Assembly (NCBI GenBank): GCA_964486925.1
Contig: CAZAOY010000002.1
Span: 14,226 to 78,225, forward strand
DNA from: an uncultured Oscillospiraceae bacterium
Lineage (GTDB): Bacteria; Bacillota; Clostridia; Oscillospirales; Ruminococcaceae
Length of the DNA stretch: 64,000 nt
Reading direction: 5' to 3'
Below the pieces are notes generated by a model that had not been told where the DNA came from, searched no databases, and saw only the letters and a program-made list of their open reading frames with translations. This document shows, piece by piece, positions 36,597 to 46,603 of the stretch. Position 1 is the stretch's first letter; the number at the start of each line of letters is the position of its first letter. The position numbers were made by a program, and so were the translations under genes.

Positions 36597-37465
36597 GGAT
36601 TGCAAACGAATGGAAGGACTACAGCATTATCGATACAGCAGACGGCGACAAGCTAGAACGTTGGGGGGACACACTTTTAGTGCGTCCCGACCCGCAGATT
36701 ATCTGGGGTGCTGACGAGGATAACCGTAGTGACCTTTGGCAGAAGGCGAACGCACGTTACAACCGCTCTAATAAGGGCGGGGGCGAGTGGGCGTTTCGTA
36801 CAAGGCTAAAGGACAGCTGGATTATAAAGTATAAACAGCTTAGCTTTATTATTAAGCCTACTGGGTTTAAGCATACAGGGCTATTCCCTGAACAGGCGGT
36901 AAACTGGGATATGTTTGACAAAGCCGTAAGAGCGGCAAACCGCCCGCTAAAGGCGCTAAACCTATTCGCCTACACAGGGGGAGCAACCCTTGCGTTAGCG
37001 GGAGCGGGGGCGGCGGTCACCCATGTGGACAGCTCAAAGGGGATGGTCGCTTGGGCAAGGGAGAATGCGAAGGTGTCGGGTTTAGAGGATAGACCTATCC
37101 GCTGGATTATCGACGACTGCGAGAAGTTTGTACAGCGTGAGATTAAGCGGGGCAACCGATACGACATAGTAGTAATGGATCCGCCCTCCTATGGCAGAGG
37201 ACCAAACGGCGAGATCTGGAAGCTTGAAGAACAGATCCACGACCTAGTAAAGCTTACAACGAAGGTGATGAGCGATGATCCTGTAATGTTTGTACTTAAT
37301 TCATATACCACAGGGTTATCCCCGTCGGTAATGGCGTATCTACTGGGTGTTACCGTAGGTAAGCGGTACAGCGGGGGTAGCGTGACGGCGGACGAGATAG
37401 GTCTACCGGTAGAGCAGTCGGGTTACCCGCTACCATGCGGCTCGACAGCTATCTGGACACGCTAG
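36593..37465 (+). CDS. Class I SAM-dependent (rRNA large-subunit type) methyltransferase
   Basis: 290 aa with a TTG start overlapping the glmM stop. LNLFAYTGGATLALA (motif I) and VVMDPPSYGRG (motif IV DPPS), as in the RlmI/RlmK-type enzymes. Confidence 0.8.
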   Translation: MRIANEWKDYSIIDTADGDKLERWGDTLLVRPDPQIIWGADEDNRSDLWQKANARYNRSNKGGGEWAFRTRLKDSWIIKYKQLSFIIKPTGFKHTGLFPEQAVNWDMFDKAVRAANRPLKALNLFAYTGGATLALAGAGAAVTHVDSSKGMVAWARENAKVSGLEDRPIRWIIDDCEKFVQREIKRGNRYDIVVMDPPSYGRGPNGEIWKLEEQIHDLVKLTTKVMSDDPVMFVLNSYTTGLSPSVMAYLLGVTVGKRYSGGSVTADEIGLPVEQSGYPLPCGSTAIWTR

Positions 37466-38356
37466 ATGGATTTTATCCGTTTAAGGAGAGTGAAATTGAG
37501 CAGGTTAGTAGAGATAAAGGATGTTTCCTTTTCATATAAGACCCATGATGAGGATAACAACATAGTAAAGACAAAGCAGGTTTTAAGCGGGATTAACTTT
37601 ACGGCGGATAGCGGGGAGTTTATCGCAGTGCTTGGGACTAATGGGTGCGGTAAATCCACCCTTGCTAAGCATATTAACGCAATACTCCTCCCCGAAAGCG
37701 GGGTTGTGGTGGTGGACGGAATCGACACCTCCAATGAGCAGATGTTGTTCTCTATCCGTCAAACAGTGGGGATGGTGTTTCAAAACCCAGATAACCAGAT
37801 TGTGGCGACGGTGGTAGAGGATGATGTAGCGTTTGGTCTGGAGAACATCGGTGTACCTCAAAAGGAGATGAGGGAGCGGGTGGATAAGGCTTTGGCGGAT
37901 GTGGGGATGAGTGAGTACACAAACCACTCACCAAGCCAGCTTTCGGGCGGGCAGAAGCAGAGGGTTGCGATAGCGGGGATACTGGCATTATCTCCTAAAT
38001 GTATCGTGCTAGACGAGCCAACCGCAATGCTAGACCCAAAGGGTCGCAGGGAGGTTATCTCAACAATCCTACGGCTAAAGCGCGAGCATAACACCACAGT
38101 TATACTGATAACCCATTTTATGGATGAGGCGGTTAAGGCTGATAGAGTTGTGGTTATGGATAAAGGCGGGGTCGCATTAGCGGGTACGCCTAAAGAGGTG
38201 TTTACAAACGTAGATAAGATAAAGGGTATGGGGCTTGATGTGCCGCAGGTGACACAGCTAGTGTATGAGCTTCAAAAGCAGGGTATTGACCTTCCTGATG
38301 GGATACTGTCGGTGGAGGAATGTGTAGCCGAGTTAGAGAAGATTTTAGCGGGATAG
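37466..38356 (+). CDS. ecfA1: Energy-coupling factor transporter ATPase EcfA1
   Basis: Walker A GTNGCGKST, Q-loop, LSGGQKQRVAIAG, LDEPTAMLD. It is followed by ecfA2 and ecfT. Confidence 0.9.
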   Translation: MDFIRLRRVKLSRLVEIKDVSFSYKTHDEDNNIVKTKQVLSGINFTADSGEFIAVLGTNGCGKSTLAKHINAILLPESGVVVVDGIDTSNEQMLFSIRQTVGMVFQNPDNQIVATVVEDDVAFGLENIGVPQKEMRERVDKALADVGMSEYTNHSPSQLSGGQKQRVAIAGILALSPKCIVLDEPTAMLDPKGRREVISTILRLKREHNTTVILITHFMDEAVKADRVVVMDKGGVALAGTPKEVFTNVDKIKGMGLDVPQVTQLVYELQKQGIDLPDGILSVEECVAELEKILAG

Positions 38357-38380
38357 CTTAAGCAAAGTGGGGTGATTAAT

Positions 38381-39247
38381 ATGGTGGATAATGTGATAGA
38401 GGTGTCAAAGCTGTCCTATATATACGGGCAGGACACACCATTTGTAAAGACAGCGGTGGATGATGTTAGCTTTAGCGTTAAGCGGGGCGACTTTGTTGGG
38501 GTTATCGGGCATACAGGCTCGGGCAAGTCCACCTTGATACAGCATTTTAATGGGCTAATTAAGCCGACAAGCGGTAGCATAACGGTAGATGGCGTTAACA
38601 TATGGGGGGAAAAAACCGATAAAAAGCTAGTACGGTTTAAAGTGGGACTGGTGTTTCAGTACCCAGAGTATCAGCTTTTTGAGGAAACGGTGTACAAGGA
38701 TGTTGCCTATGGCCCCACAAATATGGGGCTTTCCAACGAAGAAATAAAGAGTCGTGTATATGACGCTATAAGCAGTGTGGGACTGGATGAAGCTGTGATG
38801 GATAAGAGTCCGTTTGAGCTTTCAGGGGGGCAAAAGCGCCGTGTTGCTATTGCGGGGGTGCTTGCAATGAACCCGTCGGTGCTGATACTGGACGAGCCTA
38901 CGGCGGGGTTAGACCCAAAGGGGCGGGATAGAATCCTCTCGCTGATTAAGGAGTACCACAAAAAGAGCGGTGCAACGATAATCCTAGTATCCCATAGTAT
39001 GGAGGATATAGCACGGTACTGCCAGAGCGTTTTAGCGATGAACAAGGGTAAACTGTTTGCGTTTGATACGGTGGACGCTGTGTTTAAACGTTCGGCAGAG
39101 CTTGAAAGATTAGGGCTTGCAGTGCCGCAGGTATCAAAAATGTTTAATATACTCTCACAAAAATTTGACTTTACCGAAAAAGAGGTGTATACTATAGAGG
39201 GGGCAAAAGCGCAGATACTGGAATATCTTATAAAAAAAGGTAGGTAA
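38381..39247 (+). CDS. ecfA2: Energy-coupling factor transporter ATPase EcfA2
   Basis: ORF 38372..39247, with the likely start at ATG 38381. GHTGSGKST, LSGGQKRRVAIAG, LDEPTAGLD. Confidence 0.9.
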   Translation: MVDNVIEVSKLSYIYGQDTPFVKTAVDDVSFSVKRGDFVGVIGHTGSGKSTLIQHFNGLIKPTSGSITVDGVNIWGEKTDKKLVRFKVGLVFQYPEYQLFEETVYKDVAYGPTNMGLSNEEIKSRVYDAISSVGLDEAVMDKSPFELSGGQKRRVAIAGVLAMNPSVLILDEPTAGLDPKGRDRILSLIKEYHKKSGATIILVSHSMEDIARYCQSVLAMNKGKLFAFDTVDAVFKRSAELERLGLAVPQVSKMFNILSQKFDFTEKEVYTIEGAKAQILEYLIKKGR

Positions 39248-39310
39248 TCTGGCTGTACCGCTCACCTTCAACAGACTTGACATGACTACGTTTAAAAGGG
39301 GGACTGATTC

Positions 39311-40111
39311 TTGTTAAAGGATATAAAGATAGGGCAACATTTTCCGGGCAGTTCCTTTGTACATCGGCTTGATGCAAGGACGAAGATAATACTAACGTTA
39401 GGTTATATAACCGTTTTATTCTTTGTAAAGACCATTGTGGGGTTTATACTACCAATAGCGTATCTTCTAGCGGTAATCCTTATCTCAAGGATACCTATTA
39501 AGGTGGTGTCAAAGAGTATTAAGCCGATTATACCGCTGATACTGCTGACCTCACTGCTTAATATGTTTTTAATCGAGGGCAGGCCTATATTTACCTTTTG
39601 GATCTTTACCATGACCTATGAGGGGGTTTATCTTGCCTTGGTTATGATAATTCGTATCATCTGCTTGATAGTAGGAAGCTCGATGATGACCTTTACCACC
39701 TCACCGCTTGATTTAACAGACGCGATAGAACGACTGTTTAAGCCTCTTAAGGTGATAAAATTCCCCGCTCATGAGGTAGCGATGATGATGACGATAGCGC
39801 TACGGTTTATCCCGACTTTAATCGAGGAAACCGAAAAGATAATGAACGCTCAAAAGGCGAGGGGCGCTGACCTTGAATCGGGTGGTATTATAAAAAAGGG
39901 TAAGGCGATGGTGCCTATACTCGTTCCGCTGTTTGTGTCTGCATTTAGGCGGGCGGAGGAGCTAGCGCTTGCGATGGAATGCCGCTGTTACAACGGCGGA
40001 GAGGGCAGGACAAGGCTTAAGGTTCTACGCTACACCTCGCTAGATTTAATAGCGGTAGCGGTATCGGTGATAATATTTGCGGCGATAATTTTGCAAAGGA
40101 TGTTTATATAA
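39311..40111 (+). CDS. ecfT: Energy-coupling factor transporter transmembrane protein EcfT
   Basis: 266 aa with a TTG start after AAAGGGGG. Polytopic membrane protein carrying the conserved KIMNAQKARGAD coupling-helix motif. Confidence 0.9.
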   Translation: MLKDIKIGQHFPGSSFVHRLDARTKIILTLGYITVLFFVKTIVGFILPIAYLLAVILISRIPIKVVSKSIKPIIPLILLTSLLNMFLIEGRPIFTFWIFTMTYEGVYLALVMIIRIICLIVGSSMMTFTTSPLDLTDAIERLFKPLKVIKFPAHEVAMMMTIALRFIPTLIEETEKIMNAQKARGADLESGGIIKKGKAMVPILVPLFVSAFRRAEELALAMECRCYNGGEGRTRLKVLRYTSLDLIAVAVSVIIFAAIILQRMFI

Positions 40112-40896
40112 TGCGACAGCTACTGGTTGAGATTTCGTTTTGTGGTAAGAACTACCACGGATATCAGGTGCAGAAGAATGCATTAGCGGTAGCGGATGTT
40201 TTGCAGGACTGCATAAAAAAGGTTATCGGGGTAAGGGAGGATATTATAGGCTGTTCCCGCACCGATACAGGGGTTCATGCAAATTCGTACTACTTTACCA
40301 TGAAAACAAGCTGTAGGATACAAGGTGACAGCCTATTAAGGGGTCTAAACCATATCCTACCTAATGATATAGTAATAAAGCAGATTAAAGAGGTGGATTT
40401 ATCATTTCATCCACGGTACAACTGTATAAAGAAGGAGTATCTTTATATAATCCATAATGCGCCGCTTAAAGACCCGTTTAGGGCGGGGATGGTGCTTGAA
40501 TATCCGTATAATATGGATGAAAAGCTGATGGATACCGCCGCTAGGATGTTTGTTGGTACACATGATTTTAGGGGTGTTTGCGGGATAAACCGAAAAATTG
40601 TAGAGGATACCGTACGCACTGTGTATGAGTCTACGGTGTACCGTTTAGGGGATGATGTAGTCTTTAGGATTGTCGGGGATGGTTTTTTATACAAGATGGT
40701 ACGTATTATTGTAGGTACTCTAATCTCGGTAAACGAGGGGAAGCTAAACTGCGATGATATTAAAAACATCCTAAGCAGTCAAACCAGAGATTCACACTCC
40801 AAGACAGCACCACCGGATGGATTATACCTTAATAAGATATATTTTGACGAAGTAAACTATGTAACTCGAAAGGGGGGGTATAGTGCCGATTATTAG
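40111..40896 (+). CDS. truA: tRNA pseudouridine(38-40) synthase
   Basis: 261 aa. GYQVQ and the catalytic SRTDTGVHAN motif. This is the classical ecfA-ecfA-ecfT-truA order of Firmicutes. Confidence 0.93.
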   Translation: MRQLLVEISFCGKNYHGYQVQKNALAVADVLQDCIKKVIGVREDIIGCSRTDTGVHANSYYFTMKTSCRIQGDSLLRGLNHILPNDIVIKQIKEVDLSFHPRYNCIKKEYLYIIHNAPLKDPFRAGMVLEYPYNMDEKLMDTAARMFVGTHDFRGVCGINRKIVEDTVRTVYESTVYRLGDDVVFRIVGDGFLYKMVRIIVGTLISVNEGKLNCDDIKNILSSQTRDSHSKTAPPDGLYLNKIYFDEVNYVTRKGGYSADY

Positions 40897-42019
40897 CATT
40901 GAGAATGAGAAGAAAAGACGGATACGCAAACGAATTGTAAGTCAGCTAACCTTTGTACTGGTACTGATTGTAATTGTAACCATTGTGGTATACTCTCTGC
41001 TTACCAGTAAGTTTTCAGAGTTAGCACATTCTATAAAGACGCTAACCACCACAGAATCCTTTCCGATTGTCGCAAAGCAACATCAGCTAAAGGAGATACA
41101 GCCTATTGATAACGCTTTAGTAGTGTTGACCAAGGCTAGTGTGTTCTTCTACGACTACAAGGGGAATGTAATCTCCGAGATAACCCATGGATTTTCAAAT
41201 CCAGTAATAAAGACAGCGGGGATCTACTGTATAGTATACGACCGTGGTGGTGTATCCTACAAGATGGCGTCGCCCTACCACTCATACATAGAGGAAAAGA
41301 CCGATGGCAAGATTTTATCGGCTAACATCACAAAATCAGGCAGGGTAGCGGTAGCACAGCTTCACCCGCGGTATTCATCGTTAGTCACCGTAAAGGAGCG
41401 AAGCGGCAGTAAGATATATGAATGGTACTCTGCCCATGACAAGCTGGTGGATCTTACCTTTAATCAGTCGGGTTCGGGGTTACATGTAGCGACGGTAATA
41501 CCTTCTAAGGGGCTGTTGTCCACGGTAATATACGAGCTTGACTTTAAGTCAAAGGATGAGGTATACAAAACCCAGATACTGGATAGCGTACCTTTCTCGG
41601 TAATAAGCAAATCAAACGGCAAGGTATGTGTAGTAGGGAACAAGGATGTAACCACCATTGATGGGAAGGGGACTATTATATCCCAGTACTTTCCTTACAC
41701 ACCAATTGCAGGGTATCTTTTAACCCAGACAAACACCTTCTTAATAGTTAAAAATCTAACTAACAACAACCACACCCTACAGGTGTTAAACAGAGATGGG
41801 GTACTGGATTCTAGCATTAATCTATCGGACAAGCAGTTTAGGAGCGAGTATGTTGACGGGAAGGTATACCTTCTTGCTAACGACAAGCTGTATATATATA
41901 ACATCGGTTCTAAGGAGATGAAAAAGGAAAAACTGGAAAAGACCTATAAGGATCTAGCGGTAGTACAGGGTAATGTGTACCTCTTAGACGACAACGAAGT
42001 AATTAAGATAAGAGTATAG
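40883..42019 (+). CDS. Membrane-anchored protein with repeat/beta-rich ectodomain (DUF5711-like by recollection)
   Basis: 378 aa with a GTG start after AAAGGGGGGG, overlapping truA by 14 nt. A basic N-terminus plus a single TM helix, then a ~320-aa beta-rich region. Confidence 0.5.
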   Translation: MPIISIENEKKRRIRKRIVSQLTFVLVLIVIVTIVVYSLLTSKFSELAHSIKTLTTTESFPIVAKQHQLKEIQPIDNALVVLTKASVFFYDYKGNVISEITHGFSNPVIKTAGIYCIVYDRGGVSYKMASPYHSYIEEKTDGKILSANITKSGRVAVAQLHPRYSSLVTVKERSGSKIYEWYSAHDKLVDLTFNQSGSGLHVATVIPSKGLLSTVIYELDFKSKDEVYKTQILDSVPFSVISKSNGKVCVVGNKDVTTIDGKGTIISQYFPYTPIAGYLLTQTNTFLIVKNLTNNNHTLQVLNRDGVLDSSINLSDKQFRSEYVDGKVYLLANDKLYIYNIGSKEMKKEKLEKTYKDLAVVQGNVYLLDDNEVIKIRV

Positions 42020-42082
42020 CAATGGTAGGGTGTTGCGTTACCACCGAATAGCAACATCAGTTAATATTTTTGCGGTGGGGAA

Positions 42083-42832
42083 ATGGAGCTTAAAATGTCG
42101 GTAAGTTTAATTCTAGATGTACTCGTACTGGTCATTATTGGTATTATGGTTGCTGTTGGGTTAAGGCGAGGTTTTTTTAAGACTATAATCTATACAGCGG
42201 GTTGTCTTGTATCCTTTATAATCTCGTACTTTGTCAGCAAGATACTTGCGAAGTTTGTGTACGAAAGTTATATTGTGGGATCTATTGTTGACAGCACACA
42301 AAACTTTATTAAGAATGCGGGGGAGAATGTTCGGTTTGAGAGCGTTATCAAGACCACGTTAAACAAACTTCCTGTGTATGCAAAAAACTTTATACTATCA
42401 GACACTACCACCGAAAAGATTGTTAAAGAGGTAAAGGGCAAGACTGGTGGGGCGGTTGAAAATATTGGTAAGGTGGTTGCAGAGCAGTACGCCGCTCCGG
42501 TAATCCTACCTGTTATCCAGGCGGTTATCGCTATACTTATCCTAATTATACTACTTATGATATTAAAGGGTGTTTCTGAGATGATTTCGGACATGCTAAG
42601 ACGTACGGTATTTGGTACAGCGGACATCGCGTTAGGTGGTGCGCTAGGTCTTTTGCAGGGTGCGATCTTTGTATTCTTTTTAGTGTTCTTTGTAAAGATA
42701 ATAATGTTTTTAACTGCTAATGAGATTAACTTCTTTAATGAAACGGTAATAGGTAATACCACCTTCTTTAAGCTGTTTTATAACTTTAACACCGATGTAC
42801 TTAGTAGCTGGGCGGGTAGTGCATTCGACTGA
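42083..42832 (+). CDS. CvpA-family membrane protein
   Basis: 249 aa. N-terminus LILDVLVLVIIGIMVAVGLRRGFFK, typical of CvpA. Four or more TM helices. Confidence 0.6.
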   Translation: MELKMSVSLILDVLVLVIIGIMVAVGLRRGFFKTIIYTAGCLVSFIISYFVSKILAKFVYESYIVGSIVDSTQNFIKNAGENVRFESVIKTTLNKLPVYAKNFILSDTTTEKIVKEVKGKTGGAVENIGKVVAEQYAAPVILPVIQAVIAILILIILLMILKGVSEMISDMLRRTVFGTADIALGGALGLLQGAIFVFFLVFFVKIIMFLTANEINFFNETVIGNTTFFKLFYNFNTDVLSSWAGSAFD

Positions 42833-42840
42833 ATTGTAGG

Positions 42841-42913
42841 ACTGTAATGTCAGACTGTACTGTCAGACTGTACTGTCAGACTGCACTGTCAGACTGCACT
42901 GTCAGTGTTACTG
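42841..42913. repeat. Intergenic tandem repeat, 5 x 13 nt plus a partial unit
   Basis: ACTGTAATGTCAG / ACTGTACTGTCAG x2 / ACTGCACTGTCAG x2 / TGTTACTG. It starts 9 nt after the cvpA-like stop and lies ~100 nt upstream of pgsA. Confidence 0.95.
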
Positions 42914-43010
42914 AAAAATCATAAGCAATAATACTAATTCAATGTAAGCAGATTTATAAAAGAAAGCTTTATGGTTTTAGTATTAACCTTATCTTGTCTA
43001 TCTGTGGGGG

Positions 43011-43583
43011 GTGGATACTATCTTTAATATTCCTAACATGCTGTCTGCTTTTCGCATACTGATAATCCCTGTGTTTATCTGGTCGTACTTTGAGTATAGG
43101 GAGATAAATATTTTAATCCCCATAGCGGTTTTACTGCTGTCTGCCTTCACCGATATAATCGATGGCATTATAGCCAGAAGGTTTAACATGATTACACAGT
43201 TAGGTAAGTTTTTAGATCCTCTAGCCGACAAGCTTACCACCTTTGCAGTGGTAGTTTGTATCTCGATAACCTATCCTGTAATTGTAATCTTTGTAGTAAT
43301 CTACTTTGTAAAAGAGCTTTTAATGCTGATCGGTGGGATTATATTAATCAAGAACGGTTACAGGATGAAATCCGCAAGGTGGTTTGGAAAGTTTACTACG
43401 GTGTTTTTATACTGCATGATAGTAACTATCCTAATTATCCCAAACCCATCCACCACCCTTTTATTCTGGCTTGTAGTAGCCTCTGTAGCGGTGGTTATAA
43501 CCTGTCTAATACTCTACATCCCCGAATACAACGAGGGTATGCGTTATATAAAGTCCAAACAGGCAGATAACGGCAGGGGTTAG
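43011..43583 (+). CDS. pgsA: CDP-diacylglycerol--glycerol-3-phosphate 3-phosphatidyltransferase
   Basis: 190 aa with a GTG start. CDP-alcohol phosphatidyltransferase motif DIIDGIIARRFNMITQLGKFLDPLADK. Confidence 0.85.
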   Translation: MDTIFNIPNMLSAFRILIIPVFIWSYFEYREINILIPIAVLLLSAFTDIIDGIIARRFNMITQLGKFLDPLADKLTTFAVVVCISITYPVIVIFVVIYFVKELLMLIGGIILIKNGYRMKSARWFGKFTTVFLYCMIVTILIIPNPSTTLLFWLVVASVAVVITCLILYIPEYNEGMRYIKSKQADNGRG

Positions 43584-43598
43584 TTTTTATAATAGTGA

Positions 43599-43644
43599 AA
43601 TAGGGAAGTAACAAAATGAAGGTTTTGTTACTTCCCTATTTTTG
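43599..43644 (+). terminator. Rho-independent terminator
   Basis: Perfect 18-bp stem AATAGGGAAGTAACAAAA / TTTTGTTACTTCCCTATT, followed by TTTTGG. Confidence 0.85.
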
Positions 43645-43782
43645 GTTTACCACGTGTTATATATGTATGTTTAGGTTTTATACGTTTACGTTAGCTTAGC
43701 GCACCGCTAATGTAGGGGACGCATTGCATGCGTTTTAGATTGCGCTATGCTTGGTTAGGGCTGTTGACTTTAATATATGTGT

Positions 43783-43827
43783 CGTGGTGCGGGCGGAGCA
43801 GACCCGCCTCGCACTACGTTTGTTTGT
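43783..43827 (+). terminator. GC-rich hairpin plus T-rich tract (second terminator or leader element)
   Basis: CGTGGTGCGGGCGG-AGCAGAC-CCGCC(T)CGCACTACG: 14 bp with one bulge and one G-U, followed by TTTGTTTGT. Confidence 0.4.
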
Positions 43828-44109
43828 ACACATAAAAGGGATGGATATAAACCTTCCCTATATAGTGAAACAGGTGTAATAACCAACAAAATATCGTAAA
43901 GGGTACAAACCTACGCACAAGTAACATAAGTGTATGCTATATCATAAACTACATTGTACTGCTGAATATCTACTCCTTAAAGTGTACAGCAGTGATGTAA
44001 AAAATTATGATAAAGTAAGCTAAAGTATAATGGTTACATACAGCCAAAAGGCGGGTATGTATATAAGATTGCCTTTTAACTAATGTCTAGAAGGCGGCTT
44101 GTATAATAA

Positions 44110-45600
<1,491 letters not shown>

Positions 45601-45650
45601 TAGCTGTTACTATGTAACTAAATGATACGGTAGCTTTGCGGTTAACCGTA

Positions 45651-45695
45651 AAACTCCCCCAACAGATTTTGCTCTGTTGGGGGAGTTTATTTTGT
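45651..45695. terminator. Bidirectional rho-independent terminator
   Basis: Perfect 15-bp stem AAACTCCCCCAACAG / CTGTTGGGGGAGTTT, followed by a T-rich tract. It sits between convergent genes. Confidence 0.85.
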
Positions 45696-45706
45696 ATTAA
45701 TTTACG

Positions 45707-46603
45707 CTATTCTGCCTTACGGGAGGTAATTGCAACACCCGCTAGGATTAATGCTCCGCCTATCAGCGATGACAGGGTAGGGTACTCCCGGTTACCGAAC
45801 ATATCAGGGATTATCGCCGCAAAGATTACCACGAATACAGGCTCGATCGACCAGAATATCGAGGTGGTGGTAGGGTCTAGATGCTTTTGCGCAATCAAGG
45901 TAAACAGATACCCGAGTGCGCAGGCGAACACCCCGCAGTAGAGCACGCTTAGCAGGATAGACGGGTTACTAAGCTCCATCCGATACTGCCCGAATACAGG
46001 CATTGCAATCCACGCTATAACCGCCGAAAATCCCGAATGAACAAAGGTTATAAGCATTACATCATACTTAGTGGTCATATAATCCCCCACAAGCAGATAG
46101 ATACAGGTTAAAAGCGAGAAGATTAACGTTAACAGATCCCCTATGTTTAATGCGGAGAAAGAGAACGCTAAAGGCGAGAGCGAGATTATCCCGCAGATTA
46201 AAAGTAACCCCGCTACGATAACGCTAATCCCCGCTACGGTGTATCGTGTAGGCTTTCGCTTAAACAGAAGGTATACGAAAAACGGCATGAACATTACGTA
46301 TGTAGTGCCGATAAACCCCGAGTTTGTAGCGGTGGTAAACCGTATCCCCTGAACCTGAAAGAAGGAGGAGAAGGCTAACAGTGCGCCGTAAACCGCCCCG
46401 CCTACTATCATCTTTTTGGTGATTTTATTGAGCTGTTTAAAGCATAGAATAAAGAGTGTTATAGTCGAAACCGTCATACGAAGTGCGATAAATGGGACAG
46501 AGTCCACCGCATTAGAGATGTTCTTCATCAGCGGGAAAGCCGCCCCCCACATCGCAACGGTCAGAACTAGAAGTAGCTTATATTTAAATTTATTATCCTT
46601 CAT
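45707..46603 (-). CDS. DMT-superfamily (EamA) transporter
   Basis: 298 aa, ~10 TM helices, two EamA-like halves. The start overlaps the stop of the upstream GH36-like gene by 11 nt. Confidence 0.85.
   Translation of the reverse strand: MKDNKFKYKLLLVLTVAMWGAAFPLMKNISNAVDSVPFIALRMTVSTITLFILCFKQLNKITKKMIVGGAVYGALLAFSSFFQVQGIRFTTATNSGFIGTTYVMFMPFFVYLLFKRKPTRYTVAGISVIVAGLLLICGIISLSPLAFSFSALNIGDLLTLIFSLLTCIYLLVGDYMTTKYDVMLITFVHSGFSAVIAWIAMPVFGQYRMELSNPSILLSVLYCGVFACALGYLFTLIAQKHLDPTTTSIFWSIEPVFVVIFAAIIPDMFGNREYPTLSSLIGGALILAGVAITSRKAE

Noticed and set aside
42841-42913. Considered whether the 13-nt tandem repeat could be a CRISPR array or a degenerate CRISPR remnant.
   Set aside because: The units are directly adjacent with no spacers. 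They are far shorter than CRISPR repeats. No cas genes occur in the window.
43256-43570. 104-aa ORF in an alternative frame inside pgsA, plus similar internal or antisense ORFs elsewhere (for example 26369..26899, 42268..42762, 37583..37927 and 47532..47946).
   Set aside because: All are nested in genes with strong family motifs. They lack RBSs and have biased low-complexity compositions typical of off-frame translation.
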